From an uncultured Parachlamydiaceae bacterium (GTDB taxonomy: Bacteria > Chlamydiota > Chlamydiia > Chlamydiales > Parachlamydiaceae), in assembly GCA_963752155.1 (NCBI GenBank), contig CAVVXH010000006.1:1-64000 (forward strand): 64,000 nucleotides of DNA, written 5' to 3'. A program made the translations under genes and the position numbers. Positions 30,083 through 38,489 of the stretch are shown in pieces. The notes below the pieces were generated by a model. The model was not told where the DNA came from. It saw only the letters and a program-made list of their open reading frames with translations, and searched no databases. The first letter of the stretch is position 1. Every line of letters starts with the position of its first letter.

Positions 30083-31996
30083 TTATTCGACGTCCGCTGC
30101 ACATCGAAAGCCATAAGTGCTGTTAACAGTCCCCGGATTATTGCGATGACGTCGCGAACAACGGAGATCTTCTTTTAAACTTTTCCAACAACCCCCTCGT
30201 AAAACTCTATAGACCCCCTGCCAGGGCCCTGCAGGAGCATCAGGTTCTTGGACAGAGGTCTCATAATAATTATATCCATACCAATCATGGCACCATTCGT
30301 AAACATTTCCTGCCATATCAAAAAGCCCATAACCATTCGGAGCATAGCTCATCACAGCTATTGTATCAGAACTAAAAAAGTTAGCTTGAGTCTTTTCAAT
30401 GTCATCTCCTGTAGGGTACAAAGCAACCTCCACATCACCACGAGCCGCAACTTCCCATTCAGCTTCTGTGGGTAACCTTTTACCCACCCATTTTGCATAA
30501 GCTACAGCTCCATACCAGGTCACGCCCACAACAGGATGTTTGCCATACCCAGACTCAATGCTCAACTTACCCGCAGCGCGTTTAATCCGAGAATCTTTTA
30601 ATCGAATAATATCCTGGTGATTATTATCCTTTTCCCCTCCCATAACATCTAAAAACCGCACAAATTGCTCATTTGTCACGGGGTGTTTATCGATAGCATA
30701 ACTCGATAAATTTACCTGATGCCTCGGCATTTCATCGCGGTTCCCGTCATTACTTCCCCTCCAAAAAACGCCTCCTCTAATGACAACCATTTCCGTCTGT
30801 AAAGGCTTAATATTTTTTGTGTCACGCAACTCCGGAGTATATTGTTTAACTCCCAATTCAAATTGAAAAATGGCAGCCGGATCAGGATCGACCTGCGGGA
30901 TCTCCAAAGTATTGGTATGAATCACCGGACGTAATTGAGAAGGTTCTTTCACAACCCCCTGTAATTGCTCGGGAGGGACTTTCTCACATGTAGCAGCGTC
31001 TTTTTCTTTTGACACAGAAACTTCAGGAGATGCCTTTATTTTATGGATCCCGCCTAAAATAGGAATTAAAAGTTCTGGACGTCTTGCTGGGTCAGTGCGC
31101 AAGCATTCTTCAATTAAAGAATCCCAATCGCACGTTAAATCACTACGATGATAAGACGGTAAATCAAAATTTCCTTCAGGAAATTCCCCCGTTAGCAAAA
31201 AATAAGTTAATATGCCAAAAGCATAAACATCAGCTTTAGCGTCTACTCCATGAGCTGAATCGAGCCTCTTTTGCTCTGGAGCTAAAAAAGCGAAATTTTG
31301 CAAAAATGAAGCATGCAAGGGAGTGAGTTTTAAATGATCTAAAGTGGGAGAAAAGTAACTATTTCCAGGTTTTGAAGGAGCTACACAAGATGCAGCTCCT
31401 AGAGCTTCAGCCACAACTTTATAAGTTCGGGTCAATACGGCCCCCACACCAATAATTTTTGATAGCCCGAAATCTGACAGATAAACATCCACACGATTTT
31501 TATCTTGACCAACCAATATATTATTTAACTTTAACCCTCGATGTACAGCCGGTTTTTTACCAATTTTCTTACTGTGGGCATAATCTAAGGCATCGGCAAT
31601 TTGTAAGAGGATATCGTAAAGCTCTTCTTCTCCAAAGCGTTGACTGCGCCCCATGATATGTTGTGCCAAATTCGTAGTCTCTCCCAACGAGTCAACAATG
31701 CAATCGGTGACCAAGAAATATTGGCCTTGTGAAAAAGAAATATTGTGGATTTTGACAATATTAGGATGGTCTAGAGCTGCCAGAGCTCCAACTTCCTCTT
31801 CAAACCGTTGAATGAATGCGCGATCCATTGAAAGTTCTTCTGGAAGAAGCTTTACAATGAACTGCCTTTTCATAAAAAGATGCTCTGCTAAAAAGACTGT
31901 ACCTAAAGAGCCATGTCCTATTTGCTTAATAAGGATGTAATCTCCAAGAATCCGAGCTTCTTGTGTACGCGATTCAATCATAATTTCTTCCATCAA
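30083..31996 (-). CDS. pkn1: Pkn1-type Ser/Thr kinase fused to FGE-sulfatase (SUMF1) domain
   Basis: IGHGSLGTV, DFG, APE and DVYAFG kinase motifs; RLPTEAEWE, NGYGLFDMAGNVYEW, RGGCW, GFRC. Confidence 0.9.
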   Translation of the reverse strand: MMEEIMIESRTQEARILGDYILIKQIGHGSLGTVFLAEHLFMKRQFIVKLLPEELSMDRAFIQRFEEEVGALAALDHPNIVKIHNISFSQGQYFLVTDCIVDSLGETTNLAQHIMGRSQRFGEEELYDILLQIADALDYAHSKKIGKKPAVHRGLKLNNILVGQDKNRVDVYLSDFGLSKIIGVGAVLTRTYKVVAEALGAASCVAPSKPGNSYFSPTLDHLKLTPLHASFLQNFAFLAPEQKRLDSAHGVDAKADVYAFGILTYFLLTGEFPEGNFDLPSYHRSDLTCDWDSLIEECLRTDPARRPELLIPILGGIHKIKASPEVSVSKEKDAATCEKVPPEQLQGVVKEPSQLRPVIHTNTLEIPQVDPDPAAIFQFELGVKQYTPELRDTKNIKPLQTEMVVIRGGVFWRGSNDGNRDEMPRHQVNLSSYAIDKHPVTNEQFVRFLDVMGGEKDNNHQDIIRLKDSRIKRAAGKLSIESGYGKHPVVGVTWYGAVAYAKWVGKRLPTEAEWEVAARGDVEVALYPTGDDIEKTQANFFSSDTIAVMSYAPNGYGLFDMAGNVYEWCHDWYGYNYYETSVQEPDAPAGPWQGVYRVLRGGCWKSLKEDLRCSRRHRNNPGTVNSTYGFRCAADVE

Positions 31997-32127
31997 ACAT
32001 GTTAATTAATGCCACTGAGCACATGCAAACAAATTTAGGCAATTTTTGCTATGCACTTCCAGTAAGATACCATATTAAAGCTTTATCTATTAAAAGTTAA
32101 GTTGAAGAACACAAAAACCCAGGGTAT

Positions 32128-32372
32128 ATGAAATTAGAACGATTTAACCAAGAGGCTCCAATCTTGAAAATAGCCTTGCCATTGGTGCCTGACCTGATAT
32201 TCTGATATTTGCCTAAGTGAAAACAAGACCTCTTAAAAGGGCAAATGTCAGAATGTCAGGTCAGGCACCAATGGCAAGGCTATTTTCAAGCACGCACACG
32301 GGCACGAAATAATTTTCAAAAAATCGTTCTAATTTCACTGCTCAAATGCCCGTATGTTTAGCAAAATTGCTG
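32128..32372. repeat. Family-A palindrome nested in a second inverted repeat
   Basis: TGAAATTAGAACGATTT and AAATCGTTCTAATTTCA flank CTTGAAAATAGCCTTGCC...GGCAAGGCTATTTTCAAG (32163-32290); degenerate family-C end at 32358-32372. Confidence 0.85.
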
Positions 32373-32473
32373 AATCCATCAAATTATTTGACAAATATTT
32401 TTTTTAATTCAATAGTAAAAATAGACATCAGTGATCCATAAAAATGCTCTAGTTAGGAAATCTTAGAGGCCGT

Positions 32474-32800
32474 ATGATTTTTGAAATTTGCTCCATCATT
32501 GGAATCATTATTTTTGCCATTTTAGCGTTTTTTGTTGTTCGCACATTATGCGCATTACAACTATTCTTAAAAGATTCCCACCATCTAATCAATGATGTGA
32601 CCCATAAAATGAAATTAATGGATTCGACCTTCAAAACTATTTCTAATCTAGGGGATATTAGTGAAGTGAAGTTAAACAATCTTCGCGAGTATCAAACAAA
32701 ATATAAAGAATTTGTAAAAAATGACAATAACTACACTGATGATTTAGCTGATTTAGTTGTAACAGCATTAAAAATAGGTACTAAATTTTTTAGGAGGTAA
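32474..32800 (+). CDS. DUF948/YoxC-like membrane protein
   Basis: N-terminal TM helix plus coiled coil; first gene of a ytxH cluster. Confidence 0.65.
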   Translation: MIFEICSIIGIIIFAILAFFVVRTLCALQLFLKDSHHLINDVTHKMKLMDSTFKTISNLGDISEVKLNNLREYQTKYKEFVKNDNNYTDDLADLVVTALKIGTKFFRR

Positions 32801-32804
32801 TACT

Positions 32805-33431
32805 ATGGACCAAGCAGATTTTATTAAGGGAGCCTTAATCGGTGGATGTCTAGGAGGAGTCGTGGCTCTTTTTCTGGCACCTAAATCTGGAAAAGATTTA
32901 CGTCATGACATTTCTGAAGGCTGTAATCAACTCAATAAAAAATCGCATAAGTACGCAAATGATTTCGCTTCTCAGGCACATAATGTCCTGAATTCCTTAC
33001 AAGGAAAATCGCATAAATATGCAGATGATTTCGCTTCTCAAGCGCATGATGTCCTCAATTCCTTACAAGGAATGGAAACTCACGGGTACAGTCCTTTCTT
33101 AGCTGGTGGAGCTGCCGGAGCCATCATTGGAGCTATCGCAGGGCTACTGTTTGCTCCTAAATCCGGGGAGAAATTACGCGAATCTTTTGGAGATGAATAC
33201 GATCACATCTGTGATAAAGCTAAGTCGGTTATGGACGGAATTAGCAGAAAGGAACATGATTTTGAAGATAAACTCGACGAATGGAAAGAATTATTTACAT
33301 CTATTGTCGACAAACTCTCTTCGTCTGTCTCGCATCCTAAAAAAGGACACCAAAATAATCATATTAATAAAATTCTTGATTGGGCTACTTTAGGATTAAA
33401 TCTATATAATAAAGTACAAGCAAGGAGATAA
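32805..33431 (+). CDS. Tandem YtxH-domain protein
   Basis: Two GALIGG...LFLAPKSGK/E.LR motifs; internal 22-aa duplication. Confidence 0.85.
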   Translation: MDQADFIKGALIGGCLGGVVALFLAPKSGKDLRHDISEGCNQLNKKSHKYANDFASQAHNVLNSLQGKSHKYADDFASQAHDVLNSLQGMETHGYSPFLAGGAAGAIIGAIAGLLFAPKSGEKLRESFGDEYDHICDKAKSVMDGISRKEHDFEDKLDEWKELFTSIVDKLSSSVSHPKKGHQNNHINKILDWATLGLNLYNKVQARR

Positions 33432-33435
33432 TCGA

Positions 33436-33741
33436 ATGAAAACCGAAGAAAAATTTCTTTTAGGTGCCTTAATTGGCAGCGCAATAGGCGCTGCCACAGC
33501 GCTTTTATTTGCTCCAGTTCCCGGGGTCAGCTTACGTAAAAGAATCATGAATAAAATTTACCGACCTCTTGAATTACCCAAACAAAAAAGGCGGGCTCAT
33601 TCCGTTAGAGGCAGTCGCTCACGGCCAAAATCCAATCTCCGTCGAAAACATCCCATTCCTCACCCAAAAGCTTCTCCAAAAGTTGCTATGAAAACGGCTA
33701 GGACACATTCTCATAAACCCACAAAAAAGGTTGAAGAATAG
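33436..33741 (+). CDS. YtxH-domain protein with basic tail
   Basis: FLLGALIGSAIGAATALLFAPVPG; Lys/Arg/His-rich C-terminus. Confidence 0.75.
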   Translation: MKTEEKFLLGALIGSAIGAATALLFAPVPGVSLRKRIMNKIYRPLELPKQKRRAHSVRGSRSRPKSNLRRKHPIPHPKASPKVAMKTARTHSHKPTKKVEE

Positions 33742-33811
33742 TTAATTTGCGAAAAATATATTTAAACGATGTTTTTGAAACACGTGCCGAAAAAAACGAA
33801 AGACAAACTCA

Positions 33812-35068
33812 ATGAAAAAAGATTGGATATACCGAAAGTTAAAGCGTATCGTTGACAATTTAGCTGCTTCTGTTCGTGGTTTTGTTAAAGATGATTGCTT
33901 TTCTAAAGCTTCATCACTCACATTTTATACTTTATTGTCCATCATTCCAGTTTTAGCTGTCGCTTTTGGCATTGCTAAAGGTTTTGGATTTGAAAATTAT
34001 TTGCAATCTGAAATAAAAACTCGAGTCGAACAAGGAGATATAGCCCAACAACTGATCACTTTTTCCTACAGGGCCCTCGATGAAGCACACGGAGGAGTCA
34101 TCGCTGCAACCGGCCTTCTCCTCCTACTATGGACCTCTTTTCAATTACTTAGTAAAATCGAAACGTCTCTTAACGAAATTTGGGAGGTTAAAACACAACG
34201 TTCTTACAGCAGACAATTAACGGATTATTTAGCTTTCATCATTTTCTGTCCCGTTTTCTTTGTCCTTTCAAGCAGCTTGTCGATTTATGCCGTAACGTTG
34301 GTCAATCAAGTCTCCGATGAAAACGTTCTCATACAGGTTGTAAGCCCTTATCTTTTATTTCTATTAAAGTCGACTCCATTTATATTGAATTGGATACTTT
34401 TCAGTTTTATTTATCTAGTGGTACCGAATACATCAATTCAATGGCGCTGGGCTATCCTTGGAGGCATCATAGCCGGAACAATCTATCAGATTGTCAACTG
34501 GATCTATATTCATTTTCAAATCGGAGTTGCGGAATACAGCGCGATCTATGGAAGCTTTGCAGCACTACCATTATTTTTAATATGGGTAAATCTTAGCTGG
34601 CAAATTGTATTGTTAGGAGCTGAAATTGCCTATCATTTTGAACTCACTTCAACAACTAGCGATAGCGATGGAACTTTTCAAGTGGCTTCCAAAAAATATA
34701 TTGGATTAGCTATCTGTACGTACTGCAGTTCATTATTTTTACAGGGGAAAAAACCTGCAACAGTGCAACAACTCTCTCATGAGATAGGAGCCACACAACG
34801 CGTGATTGCTTCAATTGCCTCAGATCTCTTTGAGGCTAATATTTTAGCTAAAGACCAGTTTGGAGCTTATTTGCCGGCAAAGAACCCCGTCGAAATGTCT
34901 ATAAAAACTATATTTGACTCCTTAGAAGATAAATCCCTCAAATTCACGGTGATGTCGCGTCCTCACGCGGATCAGTACGATAACACCCTCTTACAGTTTG
35001 ACAATGCCATTCTACATTCTAAAAATAATCTATCATTGAAAGATTTAGCTGATAAAATGTACGTTTGA
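33812..35068 (+). CDS. YihY/BrkB family membrane protein with C-terminal wHTH-like domain
   Basis: ASSLTFYTLLSIIP, IETSLNEIW, YSAIYGSFAALPLFLIWVNLSWQIVLLGAE. Confidence 0.92.
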   Translation: MKKDWIYRKLKRIVDNLAASVRGFVKDDCFSKASSLTFYTLLSIIPVLAVAFGIAKGFGFENYLQSEIKTRVEQGDIAQQLITFSYRALDEAHGGVIAATGLLLLLWTSFQLLSKIETSLNEIWEVKTQRSYSRQLTDYLAFIIFCPVFFVLSSSLSIYAVTLVNQVSDENVLIQVVSPYLLFLLKSTPFILNWILFSFIYLVVPNTSIQWRWAILGGIIAGTIYQIVNWIYIHFQIGVAEYSAIYGSFAALPLFLIWVNLSWQIVLLGAEIAYHFELTSTTSDSDGTFQVASKKYIGLAICTYCSSLFLQGKKPATVQQLSHEIGATQRVIASIASDLFEANILAKDQFGAYLPAKNPVEMSIKTIFDSLEDKSLKFTVMSRPHADQYDNTLLQFDNAILHSKNNLSLKDLADKMYV

Positions 35069-35122
35069 ATTTCTTCCACTTCTAAAGTTCAGTTGTTAAT
35101 TTAAAAAATCATACAACAACTC

Positions 35123-35151
35123 TTGCAAAGAAATTAAAAATATGTTATCAT
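35123..35151 (+). promoter_or_regulatory. Extended -10 sigma66-type promoter (near copy at 37252-37280)
   Basis: TTGCAA-17-(TG)TATCAT here; TTGCAA-17-(TG)TATTAT with a similar spacer at the paralogue. Confidence 0.6.
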
Positions 35152-35218
35152 TTTTGTAAAGGAAAAAATGTTGTCAAAAATTTGAATTTTCAAATTAACT
35201 TAAATAAATGGAGATTTT

Positions 35219-35824
35219 ATGTGCACAATCAGTTTCGAACGGCTTAATAAACTTAATAGCTATAGTGTAGACGACGCTCAAAATGAATTAAAGATAGAAG
35301 CCTCAAATGAAAAATATTTAATTATATCTTTGATTGTAAAAGATGGTATTAAATCCTTCGAAGGAACTTGGAAAAGAATGGATTACTTTGAATCTCTATT
35401 TCGTTGGATGTTTTCAAATTGTGGCATATGTGATTCTGTGAGTAAGAAATGTTATGATAATTCTATGAAGGCTCTGCTTTGCTTACCCCTTCAACCACTG
35501 AATACTAAACCAATCCCCAAGGAAAACTCCGTTTTACCTGCGGCACAAATAAAATTACAAACAGATATAGAAAACCTCAATACTTGGCAGCAGGATATCC
35601 AAGATGTTAAGCTTAATCATCAAAATCGACTTCGAATTATAAAACTTCTAAGTGAAAGATATGGAAATGAACATAAAGAGATAAATGGTTTTCTTGACCT
35701 GGTATCTAAACAAGAAAATGCTGAAGAAAACATGATAGAGCTTACTAACAAAGAGATTTGTAATTGGATAAAATTTAGACGAATATCTCTTCAATTTAAA
35801 CTAGACAGAGGATTATGGGGGTAA
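35219..35824 (+). CDS. Hypothetical protein, paralogue of 37327-38181
   Basis: Shared N-terminal KYL.IS...GTW....ESL.RWMFS..G.CDS...KC...SM.A motif. Confidence 0.75.
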   Translation: MCTISFERLNKLNSYSVDDAQNELKIEASNEKYLIISLIVKDGIKSFEGTWKRMDYFESLFRWMFSNCGICDSVSKKCYDNSMKALLCLPLQPLNTKPIPKENSVLPAAQIKLQTDIENLNTWQQDIQDVKLNHQNRLRIIKLLSERYGNEHKEINGFLDLVSKQENAEENMIELTNKEICNWIKFRRISLQFKLDRGLWG

Positions 35825-35825
35825 A

Positions 35826-36038
35826 AGCAAGGACAGAAAGGACGACAAGGACGACAAGGACGACAAGCAAGGACGATAATATAAAGACTATCAGGTGACT
35901 GACGATTAATGTCTATAATGGCTCTAATTGTTGCTGATCGTCCTTGTTGTCCCTGTTGTCCTTGTCGTCCTTGCTGTCCTTGCCGTCCTTGCCGTCCTTG
36001 CCGTCCTTGCCGTCCTTGCCGTCCTTGCCGTCCTTGCT
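35826..36038. repeat. Inverted pair of 9-bp tandem arrays: (AAGGACGAC)x~5 and (GTCCTTGCC)x11
   Basis: Reverse-complementary arrays separated by about 57 bp. Confidence 0.9.
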
Positions 36039-36238
36039 CCTCTTGAGGCGTTTTTGTTGATACTTAAATCCACTTCGTCGAAGCAAGCAATTCCCGCCGA
36101 AGACGGGGCTGCTTTTTTTGAGTCAATCTTGACATGACAAGAAGAGATGCTTTATATTGATTACAGTATTCGAAAGTCGTCTAGTGGTTAGAATGAACTT
36201 TCGGGTTTTACCGTAATAAAGAAATATAAAAGGAAAAA

Positions 36239-36916
36239 ATGAATAATCATCCGCTAAGCGATTCCATTAATAATCAAACAAGAATCAACGATCTCATTAC
36301 TTTAAATGAGTGGGGAACTCTAGCCAATTTTCTTAAAAAAGAGAAAGGAATTATTGGATGTTTAGGGGGTCATTATATTTTTCATAAATATCAGAATGAT
36401 TGTGCTGATCTAGATAAAATCTGCAGAGAAGTTTGGTACGCTAGTTTCACTGATGAATTTAAAAAGAGGACTCAAGACCCCTTTGTAGCTTCAAGAGTCA
36501 TTGAAGTATATAGGGAGTTGAAACGTCTCTATCTTGAGACCAATGATGCACTGGGTCGTGCCTCACTCCATGCACGAATCGCTACAAAAGTGTATGACCT
36601 TCTTGAGAGATATTCCGATGGATATTCACCGATCGATAGACTACAAGATAACCTCATAGGCCACATGAAAGCAATCTTAAAAACCTCGGGACATTCTGTG
36701 AATAAAAAAGATAAGCGTAGTGTTGATTCTCATGAAGACCTCATTAACTCTTTAAAAGATCATGATGAAGCCGTAGCTTATTTGAAGGCGGCTTTAAACA
36801 AAAGCTTCAATGGAGATGAAAAATCCCAAAAAGTTTTGCTGGACGCTGTTCGCAATGTTGCAAAGGCTCAAGGTAGTGATGGCCTTGGCGAGGTATTACT
36901 TCAATCATGTCCTTAA
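36239..36916 (+). CDS. Hypothetical protein (candidate secreted effector)
   Basis: 225-aa ORF with AAGGA RBS, polar N-terminus and upstream TTGACA...TATATT promoter. Confidence 0.7.
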   Translation: MNNHPLSDSINNQTRINDLITLNEWGTLANFLKKEKGIIGCLGGHYIFHKYQNDCADLDKICREVWYASFTDEFKKRTQDPFVASRVIEVYRELKRLYLETNDALGRASLHARIATKVYDLLERYSDGYSPIDRLQDNLIGHMKAILKTSGHSVNKKDKRSVDSHEDLINSLKDHDEAVAYLKAALNKSFNGDEKSQKVLLDAVRNVAKAQGSDGLGEVLLQSCP

Positions 36917-36987
36917 TAATCAGATTAAGTGATTAGCTTGGTCTCATTTGAAATCTGGCACTATTTCAAGTTGACTTAGTAAAAATT

Positions 36988-37147
36988 TTTTGGAGTGCGT
37001 GTGGCTTTGCCACCGCGCGAGAAGTTGCTTTAAAGACTACAGGCAGCAATACAATCTCAATTTATGCTGATGTACAAACCTATTACCTATCCAATTAGAC
37101 TTTTCGCAATAGATCTCGCGCTCGGTGGCAAAGTCACAAGCACTTCT
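36988..37147. repeat. Divergent family-B palindrome
   Basis: TTTTGGAGTGCGTGTGGCTTTGCCACCGCGCGAGA pairs with TCTCGCGCTCGGTGGCAAAGTCACAAGCACTTC. Confidence 0.8.
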
Positions 37148-37326
37148 GAGTTACCTCAAGAAGGAAATGGATCTGATTTGGGATCGAAATCGAAGACTAA
37201 AATATTTTGCAATATATTTTATAACATATATAGCACTATTTATAGGAAGTCTTGCAAATAAATTAAAGACATGATATTATTAATGTATAGACAAAAAAAT
37301 TTAACAATAAAAATAAGGATAAATTT

Positions 37327-38181
37327 ATGAATAGGATAAATGCAGTCACACTTAATTACGAACAACTGATCGGCTTGAAAGATTCACCTCATATCAGAGA
37401 ATGCATTTCCGATAAGGCAGATCAAGGAAAATATTTAGTTATATCTAAAATCAAAAATGATAGTTTTCAAACTTATCAAGGCACCTGGCAAAGTTTAGGT
37501 TTGCTTGAATCTCTTGGGCGTTGGATGTTTTCTTGGACAGGATTATGTGATTCATCGGTTTCAAAGTGCTTCGGCTCTTCAATGGCAGCGATATATTCAC
37601 TCGAATTGCCTACTGATCCATCAACTTCTACTCGAAGACTTTCTCCTACTTCCGACGAAAAATTGGAAGAAAAATCACTCTCAGATAACCAACCTCAAGG
37701 CACTCCTCTTCAACAAGCATCTACAACTCAACGTTTGAAACCGAATGCTCCTTATCGCATAGAACCTACAATTCAACCTACGAAACCGGTAACTCAACAT
37801 GTAGCTCCTCCTGTTGTACAACCATCTGTACAACAACAACGCTTTAGAACCCCTACTGACGAAGAATTAAAAATCCAAGGTATAAATGCTAAAATGGAGA
37901 AGCTAGGACGGATGAAAGAATTGTTGAAAGGTAACATTAGCCTAGAAGCATGCTCCGAGATTGGTAAAACTTTAAATGATGAATATGAATTGAATTTGCC
38001 AGAATACAACGACGTTCCTGGTCTTGTACGTCAAAGGGTTGAAACTGGAAGGTTTTCGGAAGCTACCGTATGCAAAATTGTTAAAGACTCACTTTCTAGT
38101 TTAATAGAAAACAAAATAGGCCAACTTGAAGGTGCACTTTATCAGTTGACAGCGACTAGAGCTCTGGAAAATATAAAATAA
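37327..38181 (+). CDS. Hypothetical protein with Pro/Gln/Thr-rich linker, paralogue of 35219-35824
   Basis: Shared N-terminal domain of about 95 aa; different C-terminus. Confidence 0.75.
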   Translation: MNRINAVTLNYEQLIGLKDSPHIRECISDKADQGKYLVISKIKNDSFQTYQGTWQSLGLLESLGRWMFSWTGLCDSSVSKCFGSSMAAIYSLELPTDPSTSTRRLSPTSDEKLEEKSLSDNQPQGTPLQQASTTQRLKPNAPYRIEPTIQPTKPVTQHVAPPVVQPSVQQQRFRTPTDEELKIQGINAKMEKLGRMKELLKGNISLEACSEIGKTLNDEYELNLPEYNDVPGLVRQRVETGRFSEATVCKIVKDSLSSLIENKIGQLEGALYQLTATRALENIK

Positions 38182-38186
38182 TAGGA

Positions 38187-38348
38187 TCAGACCACAGGCC
38201 CTCTATTCTTGCTTCTCAGGTGCATACACCTGAGAAGCAAGTTCAATTCAATATCAGTAACTAATATTTGATCATTTTCAATTTGAACTCGATCCATGAT
38301 TTGCAAACATTCCGATTTAAATTGCGATGCTTTCATTCTTTCTTCCAT
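38187..38348 (-). pseudogene. Phd/YefM-type antitoxin remnant
   Basis: MKASQFKSECLQIMDRVQ...ILVT resembles the Phd N-terminus, then similarity is lost; no toxin gene follows. Confidence 0.55.
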
Positions 38349-38489
38349 AATAACCTTCTTTCTGCCTATAGTCTTGTTACCATAGTCATGCATTTTCGTA
38401 CAACCTACAAGAGATATTTCTAAGAATTCCCTCCTTAAAATTTAACGAGACAATTAAAAATTTAACATTGACAGTATTTCTCCTATTGC

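Noticed and set aside
35928..36137. ORF with VLA repeats
   Set aside because: Artefact of the GTCCTTGCC tandem array
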